A stretch of 64,000 nt of DNA from Eubacteriales bacterium (lineage in GTDB: Bacteria; Bacillota; Clostridia; Oscillospirales; CAG-382), in NCBI GenBank assembly GCA_028705495.1, contig JAQWDK010000010.1:507-64506 (forward strand), given 5' to 3'. Below are positions 18,772-27,775 of this stretch, piece after piece. The notes beneath the pieces are model-generated. The model was not told the DNA's origin and searched no databases. It saw only the letters and a program-made list of their open reading frames with translations. A program made the translations under genes and the position numbers. How positions within the stretch are numbered: the stretch's first letter is position 1; each line of letters opens with the position of its first letter.

Positions 18772-19773
18772 ATGACAACTTGCAACAAAGCTATTCGAAA
18801 CTTTGTTTTATACATCCTTACTTTAGCATCAATATTAGCGATTATATCGAGCTGTTATTCCAATTCTGATAACTCGAAACCACAATCAAGCATCAGTCAT
18901 TTTTATCAAGACAGTAGCCGAGAAGAAATTGGCACATCAAGTCTTGATGAAACTGTTTCTTATATCGATAGCAGTGCAGACGAACTTTCAAACGAGACTT
19001 CACCGGGTGATTTAGAATCTTCTTATGAATCAGAAAGTTCGGTTGAATCAGATATTTCCTCAGAATCAGATACTTCACCAGAATTTGAAACATCCATAGA
19101 AGAATCCCAAAGACCAAAAAAGGATAATATACTTTATCTAACCTTTGATGATGGTCCACACTCTAAAAACACAGTTAAAGTTCTCGACATTCTAAAAAAG
19201 CATAATATAAAAGCTACATTTTTTATTATCGGTGACTGCGCAAAGCGATATCCGAAACTGGTTAAAAGAATATATGACGAGGGTCATGTAATTGCATCCC
19301 ACTCAATGTCGCATAATTACTACCGCCTTTATGAAACAGTAGAGGACTTTGAGGCAGATCTTAAAAAATGGGAGGAAACAATAAAAACTATTATTGGTAA
19401 AGAACCTGAAACACATATTTTTAGGTTCCCGGGTGGTTCCTCAACCCCTTATCAATACGGACCTGCAGAAGATATTATTAAAGCATTGAAGAAACAAAAC
19501 TATTATATGTATGACTGGACTGCAGCAAACGGTGATAAATGGAGAGATGACATGAAACCTGAGGAAACAGTCGATGAATATCTAAAACGATTGCTTCTCG
19601 AAACTGTCCACTACTGTGACTATAAAAAGAAACCTTGTATTATTTTGATGCATGATTCGGTAAACGAAACAGTCGATATGCTTGACTGGGCGCTCACTGA
19701 GTTAGAAGATGAAGGTTATTCATTTGACACACTTGCAAATTTAAACAAGAGTTACCTGTTCCCGCACAAATAA
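18772..19773 (+). CDS. Polysaccharide deacetylase (NodB homology domain) lipoprotein with an acidic Ser/Glu-rich linker
   Basis: Lipobox IISSCY. NodB motifs LTFDDGP, HSMSH, FRFPGG. Confidence 0.85.
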   Translation: MTTCNKAIRNFVLYILTLASILAIISSCYSNSDNSKPQSSISHFYQDSSREEIGTSSLDETVSYIDSSADELSNETSPGDLESSYESESSVESDISSESDTSPEFETSIEESQRPKKDNILYLTFDDGPHSKNTVKVLDILKKHNIKATFFIIGDCAKRYPKLVKRIYDEGHVIASHSMSHNYYRLYETVEDFEADLKKWEETIKTIIGKEPETHIFRFPGGSSTPYQYGPAEDIIKALKKQNYYMYDWTAANGDKWRDDMKPEETVDEYLKRLLLETVHYCDYKKKPCIILMHDSVNETVDMLDWALTELEDEGYSFDTLANLNKSYLFPHK

Positions 19774-19801
19774 ATAGAGCTCGAAAGGAAAACTAAAAGA
19801 A

Positions 19802-20824
19802 ATGAAAAAGATAGTTACATTTGGAGAAATAATGTTAAGACTTCAACCACCTGGTTATGGTCGTATTCTTGCAACAAACAGCTTTGATGCAACATTTGGA
19901 GGTGGAGAGGCAAATGTCGCTGTTTCACTTTCGTGTTTTGGAGAGGAAGCTGCTTTTGTAACTAAGCTACCCGACAACATGATCGGTCATTCATGCAGAA
20001 ATATTCTCCGCTCTTGGGGAGTAAATACAGATAGTATAGTTTATGGTGGTGATAGGCTTGGTATCTACTACTGCGAAAAAGGTGCATCACAGCGTCCTTC
20101 AAACGTTATATATGATAGAGCAGGTTCTGCTATTGCGACAGCTAACATAAAGGATTTTGATTGGGATAAAATTTTCGACGGTGTGACTTGGTTTCATTTT
20201 ACGGGGATAACACCAGCTCTCGGTGGAGAAATGCCAGAGATTTGCGAAGCGGCCTGCAAGAAAGCAAAAGAGAAAGACATAACAATTTCATGCGACTTAA
20301 ATTACAGAAAAAAACTTTGGAGTCGTGACAAAGCAAAAGAAGTTATGTCTAAACTCTGCGAATACGTTGACGTGCTTATCGCAAACGAAGAAGACAGCGA
20401 GAGTATTTTTGGCATTCATGCAACTGGCACCGACATAGAAAGCGGTGAGCTTTCGAGAGAGGGTTATATTGATGTTGCAAAGCAATTATGCAGACGCTTT
20501 GGAATGAAAAAAGTTGCAATAACGCTCAGAAAATCATTTTCAGCAAGTATAAACGGGTGGTCAGGAATGATTTATAACGGAAGCAAAGCTTGCTTTTCAC
20601 GGGAATATACGATAAATATAGTTGACCGTGTAGGTGGCGGTGATTCTTTTGGTGCCGGGCTCATTTACTCATACCTTAACGGTAAAAGCGATGCAGAAGC
20701 TATCGAATTCGCAGCTGCTGCATCATGCTTGAAGCATACAATAGAGGGGGATTTCAATATATCAACTGTCGCTGAAGTAAACTCCCTTATAAAAGGCGGC
20801 GGAAGTGGAAGAGTAAAGAGATAA
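19802..20824 (+). CDS. kdgK: 2-dehydro-3-deoxygluconokinase (PfkB family)
   Basis: MKKIVTFGEIMLRL N-terminus, GGGEANVA, C-terminal DRVGGGDSF. Confidence 0.85.
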   Translation: MKKIVTFGEIMLRLQPPGYGRILATNSFDATFGGGEANVAVSLSCFGEEAAFVTKLPDNMIGHSCRNILRSWGVNTDSIVYGGDRLGIYYCEKGASQRPSNVIYDRAGSAIATANIKDFDWDKIFDGVTWFHFTGITPALGGEMPEICEAACKKAKEKDITISCDLNYRKKLWSRDKAKEVMSKLCEYVDVLIANEEDSESIFGIHATGTDIESGELSREGYIDVAKQLCRRFGMKKVAITLRKSFSASINGWSGMIYNGSKACFSREYTINIVDRVGGGDSFGAGLIYSYLNGKSDAEAIEFAAAASCLKHTIEGDFNISTVAEVNSLIKGGGSGRVKR

Positions 20825-21708
20825 TGACATATTTTACTCATGTAAATAGTTTTTGCAAAGAATTTAATTATCCTGCTGAAGCTTGCTGTTTTCTTACTGA
20901 GTCCATGAAGAAAATCGAAGGCAACAAAGAGTCATTTTCAATTTTTGATGAACAGGTCATGCTATATGAAAGTGGTTCTACCTTCAGTCACCCAGAGGCA
21001 CTCAAAGCAGCAATTAAAACAGCTGAAATTGCAGGAGTTCATTCATATACAGCTCAGCTCTTGATATATATCTGCTTTGCAAAACATACTCGTGTACTAT
21101 ATGCTAAGCAAGGGATAAGCGACGAGATATATATTATGTCGATGTCGGACCTCAAATGGAAATTGATGGAGTGTTATAATGTATATTCTATATGGGGTAC
21201 TTTTGTTGCATTCTGGTTTGATAGATTCTTTGATTTAACGAGGTTCGCTTTAGGGCGACTTCAGTTTGAAACTGTACCCTTTCAGAATGATTATACAAAT
21301 GGTAATAATACAGTTAAAGCTGGAGATACGGTAATTAATATCCATATTCCGTCCTGCGGACCTTTACAAAAGGAAGATTGTCAAAAATCGTACGATAAGG
21401 CTTCCGAATTTTACAAAAAGCATTTTATCGGTAAAAAGACAATATTTCAATGCAATTCATGGCTGCTTTATCCGAAGCATAGAGAATTCCTTCCACAAAA
21501 CTCAAACATTCTTAGTTTTATGGATGACTTCGATATATATTCTTACAATGACGATCCAGACAATTCGGATGCATGGCGAATATTCGGTTCAGCAGATGCT
21601 AAGAAGCCACTTGAGTTACCACAAAAGACTTCAATACAAAAGGCATACGCTGCTTGGTTTGCCAAAGGTGGCACAATGGGCATAGGGAAGGGCATATTCT
21701 TCAAATAA
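20824..21708 (+). CDS. Hypothetical protein, possibly an acyltransferase (NAT_N / GNAT_C-like architecture)
   Basis: Its start overlaps the kdgK stop (TAATG). Family assignment is from memory of similar ~290 aa Firmicutes proteins and is not verified. Confidence 0.4.
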   Translation: MTYFTHVNSFCKEFNYPAEACCFLTESMKKIEGNKESFSIFDEQVMLYESGSTFSHPEALKAAIKTAEIAGVHSYTAQLLIYICFAKHTRVLYAKQGISDEIYIMSMSDLKWKLMECYNVYSIWGTFVAFWFDRFFDLTRFALGRLQFETVPFQNDYTNGNNTVKAGDTVINIHIPSCGPLQKEDCQKSYDKASEFYKKHFIGKKTIFQCNSWLLYPKHREFLPQNSNILSFMDDFDIYSYNDDPDNSDAWRIFGSADAKKPLELPQKTSIQKAYAAWFAKGGTMGIGKGIFFK

Positions 21709-21712
21709 ATAG

Positions 21713-21747
21713 AAAACAGGCAACCGTAATAATCGGAAGCCTGTTTT
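21713..21747. terminator. Bidirectional terminator
   Basis: aaaacaggc / gcctgtttt stem, flanked by A- and T-runs, between convergent genes. Confidence 0.65.
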
Positions 21748-21750
21748 ATA

Positions 21751-23073
21751 TTATTCAGTGACTATCTTTGTAAGAACGCAGTGCATAACATAACGTTCAT
21801 TTTCGTTAAAAAAGTTATTTGTACAAGTTGAAAAAGTCAATAACCGAGCTGTCGGTTTAATATAGCTCTTAAAAGACGTCGTCCACTTGCTGTGCTTACT
21901 TAGATCAAGTCTTTCTTGGAGAAAGGTAACCCAATCGTTATCATCTCTAAAGTTGTATTCAATATATCGAGATTCTGAAGTTATATAAAGAGAAAAAGGT
22001 TTATAAATATAAAGACCATCTGCAGTGACAATTTGTATCTCTGATGAATTAAACATGGTCCAACTGTCGGTCGAATTGAAAAAGTTAGCGATGCTATTGA
22101 ACATAGTTCCGTCGGAGGATCTGTTATGACCGTAAAGAACTACATGGCGGTTTGAAAGATAATCTTTAGCTGTTCTAAAATCAGCGAAAACCGAACCAGC
22201 TTCATTGTATGAACCATCCGGAGATCGCTTTAGATATTGGTCGTTATCTTTTCCTAACATTATGATATAATCAACACGCGTACCGGGAATTTTTACCCAT
22301 CCGTAAGCATCAGGATATTTCCCTGAACTGATTGTATCACGAAACCCTTTTATTAGAGTCTGGTATTCATCAAGCAATTCTGGAGGAATAAAGTCAATTC
22401 CATCCGTATCTGCGCCAAGCATTTCGGTTAGTGTGAGTGTTTTAGAACTTTTTAGCGATGCTTTGGCGGCTGTTATCTCGCTATTTTTATAAAATTGGTC
22501 TTTTATTTGCAACTGAATCTTCTGGCTTTTTATTGAGTCAGCGTAAGATGCGATTATTTGAATAGCAGAGTAAATAAAAACTCCGCCGCATATCAAGAGC
22601 ATTGCTGATCTAATTAAAGCAGGAACAGGGGAGCTTTTTTTCTTTTTTGGGGGTTGATACCTTTTCGGAATCTCTTTTGCAGTTAAATTATTTAGAGAGT
22701 TTATAAAGTCATCGGTATCGTTTTCTTCACTCCTGACTGATTCGGTCCGGAATGTCTGTTCGGTCTTTTCTTCAGGTGTTTTAGTTTTTTTGGGAAATCT
22801 ATTTGATGCTATCTCATCAGACGGTTGAGCGGTGCGTTTTTTACTAACAGTTGCTCTATTCTTTTTAATCTTAGGCTTTACTTCAAGAATTTCTTCATCT
22901 TCGGGCGCAATAAATAATTCCGTTACTGTGGCCGGTGTTGCAATGTTTTCTTCAAACAAATCAGCCGAAAGTTCAGAATTCTCGTCTTTAATCGAGTTAT
23001 TGCTGATAATTATATCATCAATGAGAAATATCTCATCGTTATTATGTTTGTTTTTCTTTTTGCCGAATATCAA
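21751..23073 (-). CDS. srtB: Class B sortase with a ~150 aa N-terminal cytoplasmic extension
   Basis: VVLYGHNRSSDGTMFNSI (catalytic His) and LLTFSTCTN (catalytic Cys), followed by a downstream Arg. One TM follows PPKKKK. Confidence 0.85.
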   Translation of the reverse strand: MIFGKKKNKHNNDEIFLIDDIIISNNSIKDENSELSADLFEENIATPATVTELFIAPEDEEILEVKPKIKKNRATVSKKRTAQPSDEIASNRFPKKTKTPEEKTEQTFRTESVRSEENDTDDFINSLNNLTAKEIPKRYQPPKKKKSSPVPALIRSAMLLICGGVFIYSAIQIIASYADSIKSQKIQLQIKDQFYKNSEITAAKASLKSSKTLTLTEMLGADTDGIDFIPPELLDEYQTLIKGFRDTISSGKYPDAYGWVKIPGTRVDYIIMLGKDNDQYLKRSPDGSYNEAGSVFADFRTAKDYLSNRHVVLYGHNRSSDGTMFNSIANFFNSTDSWTMFNSSEIQIVTADGLYIYKPFSLYITSESRYIEYNFRDDNDWVTFLQERLDLSKHSKWTTSFKSYIKPTARLLTFSTCTNNFFNENERYVMHCVLTKIVTE

Positions 23074-23110
23074 AGTATTACCTCCTGTGATTTGAAGAAA
23101 ATAAAAGCTT

Positions 23111-24196
23111 TTACTTAAACTTTATTACATCCAAAAGAACAGCATGGAGTACAAATCTCTGTTGTGTGTGGATTGCAGAATAGTTTGTGCAGGTGGAGAA
23201 GGTTATAATTTTTGTGTCAGCTTTGATATAGTCTCTCATATCCTTTTTCCAATTATACAGTCCTTTGTCGTAAATACTTTGAAGAAAAGATACCCAGTCG
23301 GAATCTTTGGAAAAATCCTGCTTAACATAATTATCGTACTGAGTTGTTGCGTAGATCGAGAAGGGCTGATATATGTAAACCGAATCAAGGGTGTATATTC
23401 TTATTATTGAAGAGTCAAAAAGCTCCCAAGAACGCTGATCATTCTTAAAGAGCTGAGGAATCATGCCGAACATAGTGCCGTTGGACATATTATGACCGTA
23501 TAAAACAAGGTTTTTTGTTTTGGAGACATTGTTTGACAACCTGTAATCAGCGAAAATTGTACCGCTTTTTACACCGTCGCGACCTCCGTAAGTTCTGTTA
23601 AGATAAATTGCGTTGTCATTTGCTTTAACTACTGGGTAGTCGATATTAGTGTTAGTCATCTGTACCCAGCAATAAAAATCGTCATTAAGAGCTGCGATTG
23701 TTTTTAAATTGTCTTGAATGTCGGCGATATTAGTTATATCATCGAGAGGGAAACCTGCGCTAACATTAGATATATCAAGAATATCACCGATATTTTTGGA
23801 AACATTCGAGTCGTTTTTATGTTTTAGCATACTTAGTGTGTCATTGTATTCATTTTTTGCAGTCATTGCATCGATGCTCCAGTCTACAAGCACACCAACC
23901 GAGTAAACAAAGCCGCTTATGAAAACAAGAAACAGTAAAACTCTAAAGAAAGACCAACGATTTTTCTTCTTTTTCGGTGGATTATGCTCGCTTGAACCAC
24001 CAGAAAAATGACTACTAAAGTTTGAAGTTTTGGTTTTTCTTTGCAGAAGTTGGGATTTTTTCGAAGCTTCGTGGTGTTGTGGTCGGTATGTTTGATCATC
24101 TGAAACGATAGGTATTCCGTTATTATCTGTAACCATATCTTCGATAATATAAATACCCTTGTGTGTTTGCTTTTTCTTTTTCCTGTTTTTAAACAT
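23111..24196 (-). CDS. srtB: Class B sortase paralogue with a ~85 aa N-terminal extension
   Basis: LVLYGHNMSNGTMFGMI and IITFSTCTN. It shares the N-terminal motif and the PPKKKK-TM with the neighbouring sortase. Confidence 0.85.
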   Translation of the reverse strand: MFKNRKKKKQTHKGIYIIEDMVTDNNGIPIVSDDQTYRPQHHEASKKSQLLQRKTKTSNFSSHFSGGSSEHNPPKKKKNRWSFFRVLLFLVFISGFVYSVGVLVDWSIDAMTAKNEYNDTLSMLKHKNDSNVSKNIGDILDISNVSAGFPLDDITNIADIQDNLKTIAALNDDFYCWVQMTNTNIDYPVVKANDNAIYLNRTYGGRDGVKSGTIFADYRLSNNVSKTKNLVLYGHNMSNGTMFGMIPQLFKNDQRSWELFDSSIIRIYTLDSVYIYQPFSIYATTQYDNYVKQDFSKDSDWVSFLQSIYDKGLYNWKKDMRDYIKADTKIITFSTCTNYSAIHTQQRFVLHAVLLDVIKFK

Positions 24197-24334
24197 TTCA
24201 GGGAATATCCTTTTAATGCGGTTGATTTTGTGACTTGGCTATATCAAATACTGTTAGCATTATACAAAATCTTGTCAATAAATACAATGCAAAAGCTAAT
24301 TGTTTTAAAAGTTGTTACATTTTGACTGAAATAG

Positions 24335-24456
24335 AATATTCATCTTGAATTCTGTAATGCTTTAATGGTATAATAGTCGTGCATTTACAATATTCAAATA
24401 ATATTACCACTAATCAGCACGACCAAAGCTTAGGTTTTTGATCAGGTTGCTAATAA
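24335..24456 (+). promoter_or_regulatory. Promoter plus conserved leader module, copy A, upstream of the MATE gene
   Basis: TTGAAT, 18 nt, TGgTATAAT. The following sequence matches the minus strand of 44041..44137: a 22-nt perfect block ATGGTATAATAGTCGTGCATTT, then ATTACCA..AATC.GCACGACC and TCAGGTT..TAATAA. It contains the inverted repeat GTCGTGC / GCACGAC. Confidence 0.6.
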
Positions 24457-24479
24457 TTCGAGTGACGGGAATTGCAAAA

Positions 24480-25841
24480 ATGACAAGGGATTTAACTAAA
24501 GGTAATATAACAAAAACGTTGTTATTGTATTCACTTCCGATGATGGGAAGTGTTATATTCCAGCAGATGTACAACATTGCTGACAGCGTTATAGTCGGCA
24601 AGTTAATTGGAGAAGATGCTCTGGCAACTGTTACAGCATCAATACCAGTAACAATGCTTCTGGTTGCTGTAGCTACCGGTTTTAGTATCGGTTCTTCGGT
24701 TATAATCAGTCAGCAGTTTGGCGCAAAAGACATGACAGCGATGAAAACCTCTGCCAACACTGCTCTGATTTATGCGGCTGGAGTTAGTGTTCTTCTGTCA
24801 GCGATCGCGATGCTCTTATGTAACCCACTGCTAAAACTTATGAACACACCGCAGTCTATATTCAACGATAGCGCAGCCTTTCTTTACATAAACATACTTG
24901 GTTTTGTGTTTTTAATGGTCTATAACACATGCACTGGAATCTTTACCGCACTCGGGAACAGTAAACTTCCTCTATATTTTTTAATTGGTTCTTCGACACT
25001 TAATGTTGTTCTTGACTTGATTTTTGTCTCTATATTCAATATGGGTATACGTGGGGTCGCATGGACAACCGTAATCGCTCAAGGACTAGCAATGGTTTTG
25101 TCTCTAACCGTACTTCTTAAAAAGCTAAAAGAGATAGAGACGACTCAGAAACCTTCGCTTTTTTCAAAAACTGCTGTCAAAAAGCTTAACAAGATCGCAT
25201 TACCAAGCATTCTACAGCAGAGTTTTATAGCAATAGGCAATTTATTTGTTCAGGGTGAAATCAACGGGTATGGGCAGGCTGTAATTGCTGGTTATGGTTC
25301 TGCTGTAAAACTGAATACATTTTGCATAATGAGCATAAATACTTTAGCGAGTGGTATTTCAAGTTTCACAGCACAAAACTATGGAGCGAAACGCTATGAT
25401 AGAATAGAAAAAGGTTATAAGACCGGTATCCTTATTGTTTCGGCTGTCGTTACTCCTTTTATTATTTTATACCTTTTATTTGGTTCGCAGCTTGTAGGTA
25501 TATTTATGAAAGAAGAAAGCGTTCAAGCGTTATCTGTCGGTGTAAATTTCTTAAGAATCGTCTCACCATTCTATTACATTGTCGCAGTTAAGATAATTTC
25601 AGACTCACTCCTGAGGGGTTCCGGAAACATGAGGTCGTTTGTTATTGCAACATTCGCCGACCTTCTTATGAGAGTTATTTTTTTATACATACTATCTTTC
25701 GTTTTTAAAAGCGCGGATTGGCTTTGGGCATCGTGGCCCATTGGTTGGGGTGTTTCAATGGTCATATCGCTTGTGTATGCGCTAAGGCAGATAAAATACA
25801 TGAAGACTCAAACGGATTGTAAGAGTAATCAAATGTGTTGA
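24480..25841 (+). CDS. MATE family efflux transporter
   Basis: MTRDLTKGNITKTLLLYSLPMMGSVIFQQMYNIADSVIVG is a typical MATE N-terminus; 12 TM. ATG 24480 is preferred over the upstream 24438 start. Confidence 0.88.
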   Translation: MTRDLTKGNITKTLLLYSLPMMGSVIFQQMYNIADSVIVGKLIGEDALATVTASIPVTMLLVAVATGFSIGSSVIISQQFGAKDMTAMKTSANTALIYAAGVSVLLSAIAMLLCNPLLKLMNTPQSIFNDSAAFLYINILGFVFLMVYNTCTGIFTALGNSKLPLYFLIGSSTLNVVLDLIFVSIFNMGIRGVAWTTVIAQGLAMVLSLTVLLKKLKEIETTQKPSLFSKTAVKKLNKIALPSILQQSFIAIGNLFVQGEINGYGQAVIAGYGSAVKLNTFCIMSINTLASGISSFTAQNYGAKRYDRIEKGYKTGILIVSAVVTPFIILYLLFGSQLVGIFMKEESVQALSVGVNFLRIVSPFYYIVAVKIISDSLLRGSGNMRSFVIATFADLLMRVIFLYILSFVFKSADWLWASWPIGWGVSMVISLVYALRQIKYMKTQTDCKSNQMC

Positions 25842-26013
25842 AAAATTATATTTATAATATAAAATTAATATATAAGTAATATATCTCGATTCGTTATACA
25901 TGCTTTTAAAGTATGTTTTTCCTACTCGAAACAATTGATTAACAAAAAGTTTTATCAAGAGTGATAATATAGTGTATAATGGTTTAATACACCGTATTTA
26001 AAGGAGGATGGTT

Positions 26014-27525
26014 ATGAAAAAGCGTATCTTGTCCGCACTTGCAGCTATAATTCTCATCGTCACTACATTTGCTTCTTGTAACACCGGTAATACCGAGAGC
26101 GATGCAAAAGATGTATCAGTAGCTACAAGTGCTACCGAAAGTTTAGTTGAAAATTCAAAATGGAAGTACGACCCGAAAATTCCCGAGAGCTTCGACGGGG
26201 AAGGAAAGGATTTTACCTTTCTTGTAGTCGGCGGCGACAACGAAGCGTATCACTCAGTTGACATAGGTCATATCGAGGAGCTTGAAGGCGACTTGATATA
26301 TGACGCTGTTCAAAAGAGAAATCAGTTTGTTGAAGAAGAACTCAACATAAAGATTAAAGTTGAATTCAGACTTTGGACTGAAATTTCCAATGAAGTCAGA
26401 AATACAGTCAACCTTCAAGACCAGTCCTATGATGTCGTCATGCCCTTTATGAACGACGCTTCTACTTTGGCAATGGAAGGCTTTTTACGTCCACTGAATA
26501 CAATTGACACACTTCAACTTGAAGCTGAATGGTGGGATCAGAATGCTAATGCCCAGCTAACAGTAGGGGATGCGTTATATTTTACAACCGGAGACATCAG
26601 CATGCTTGACAATGACTGCACACAGTCTATTATGTTCAGCATGGATCTCGTTAATAGTCTGTCTCTAACTAACCCATACGATCTTTTGAGAAATGACGAG
26701 TGGACTTTTGATAATATGATTTCACTCGCCAAAGATGCAACAAGTTTTGATGACCAATATCCTACAACATCCTATAAAAACCGTTGGGGCCTCCATATTA
26801 ATGGAAACGGTGCGACAGGACTTTTCCTTGCAGCAGGAGAAAAACTTACTACAAAGGATTCAACCGATTACCCGGTAATCGCTCTTGATACTTCGAGAGC
26901 AGTGAGCGTTTTTGCAAAAATATTTGATATAATGCACGACAAGAGTTATGCAATTATAATCGAAGATTATAACGTTGAAGCTCAAGCAGATGGTTTTCAA
27001 AACTGCTATAGAGCAGCTGCTGAACAGATAGCAAAGGGCAATGCACTTTTCAGAGTAATGTCTATGTCCGACACCGATAGGCTTCTTGAATACAACTGCA
27101 ATTATGGAATCTTACCCATGCCCAAGTTTGACGAAGATCAGGATAGATACTATGCACTTGTCAGCACTCTTGCTGTTCCCGGTGTTTGTATACCCGTTAC
27201 TAATGACGAATCGAACATGGAAAGAACAGGTTACATACTTGACGCTATGGCAGCAAAAGCAAAAGAAGATGTTACATACGCTTATTACGATGTTAAGATG
27301 AAGAACAGAATTGCGAATGACCTCGACGCACGTTATTCGCTTGACCTCATATTTGATAGCACAGTCTATGACCTTGGTGTCGTATATAACTGGGGTGGTA
27401 TCAGAGGTTTCATCAATGATGCTGCTATTGCAGCAACAAATAATTATACCTCAAAGCTTGATGCAGCTAAGGATTCAATTGAGCTTGCCATTGACGCAAC
27501 TGTTTCTAAATTCAAGGAACAGTAA
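26014..27525 (+). CDS. Extracellular solute-binding lipoprotein (ABC family-1 type), orphan
   Basis: Lipobox TTFASCN. AGGAGG lies 6 nt upstream of ATG 26014. It is a paralogue of the 2..1330 protein. No permease or ATPase genes are adjacent. Confidence 0.8.
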   Translation: MKKRILSALAAIILIVTTFASCNTGNTESDAKDVSVATSATESLVENSKWKYDPKIPESFDGEGKDFTFLVVGGDNEAYHSVDIGHIEELEGDLIYDAVQKRNQFVEEELNIKIKVEFRLWTEISNEVRNTVNLQDQSYDVVMPFMNDASTLAMEGFLRPLNTIDTLQLEAEWWDQNANAQLTVGDALYFTTGDISMLDNDCTQSIMFSMDLVNSLSLTNPYDLLRNDEWTFDNMISLAKDATSFDDQYPTTSYKNRWGLHINGNGATGLFLAAGEKLTTKDSTDYPVIALDTSRAVSVFAKIFDIMHDKSYAIIIEDYNVEAQADGFQNCYRAAAEQIAKGNALFRVMSMSDTDRLLEYNCNYGILPMPKFDEDQDRYYALVSTLAVPGVCIPVTNDESNMERTGYILDAMAAKAKEDVTYAYYDVKMKNRIANDLDARYSLDLIFDSTVYDLGVVYNWGGIRGFINDAAIAATNNYTSKLDAAKDSIELAIDATVSKFKEQ

Positions 27526-27556
27526 AGCATTAATGATTTTATAAAAATATAACTAT

Positions 27557-27596
27557 ACGACCACTGAATTACTCTGAGAGAGATTTCAGCGGTCGT
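27557..27596 (+). terminator. Stem-loop downstream of the SBP gene (weak terminator, poor T-run)
   Basis: acgaccactgaa / ttcagcggtcgt, 12-bp stem with one mismatch. Confidence 0.4.
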
Positions 27597-27681
27597 AAGT
27601 TAATATGTCATTGTTTCGTTATAACAACGAAATACATCAGCACATTTGTTCGATTTTCATATAAAATTTTACAGACTTGTA

Positions 27682-27710
27682 TTTACAAGCATCAGTCAAA
27701 ATGATATAAT
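27682..27710 (+). promoter_or_regulatory. Sigma-A promoter for the cytoplasmic ADP-ribosylglycohydrolase gene
   Basis: TTTACA (27682-27687), 17 nt, TGaTATAAT (-10 at 27705-27710). Confidence 0.55.
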
Positions 27711-27775
27711 ATAAGTTAGTGCTGTAATGTGACTTATATTAATAATATAAATAAACACTCTGAAAGGGTAAACCA

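Noticed and set aside
18900-19110. Repetitive Ser/Glu-rich coding stretch as a tandem DNA repeat or array.
   Set aside because: It is a low-complexity acidic linker inside the deacetylase ORF (SSxESxxS-like), with no exact nucleotide periodicity.
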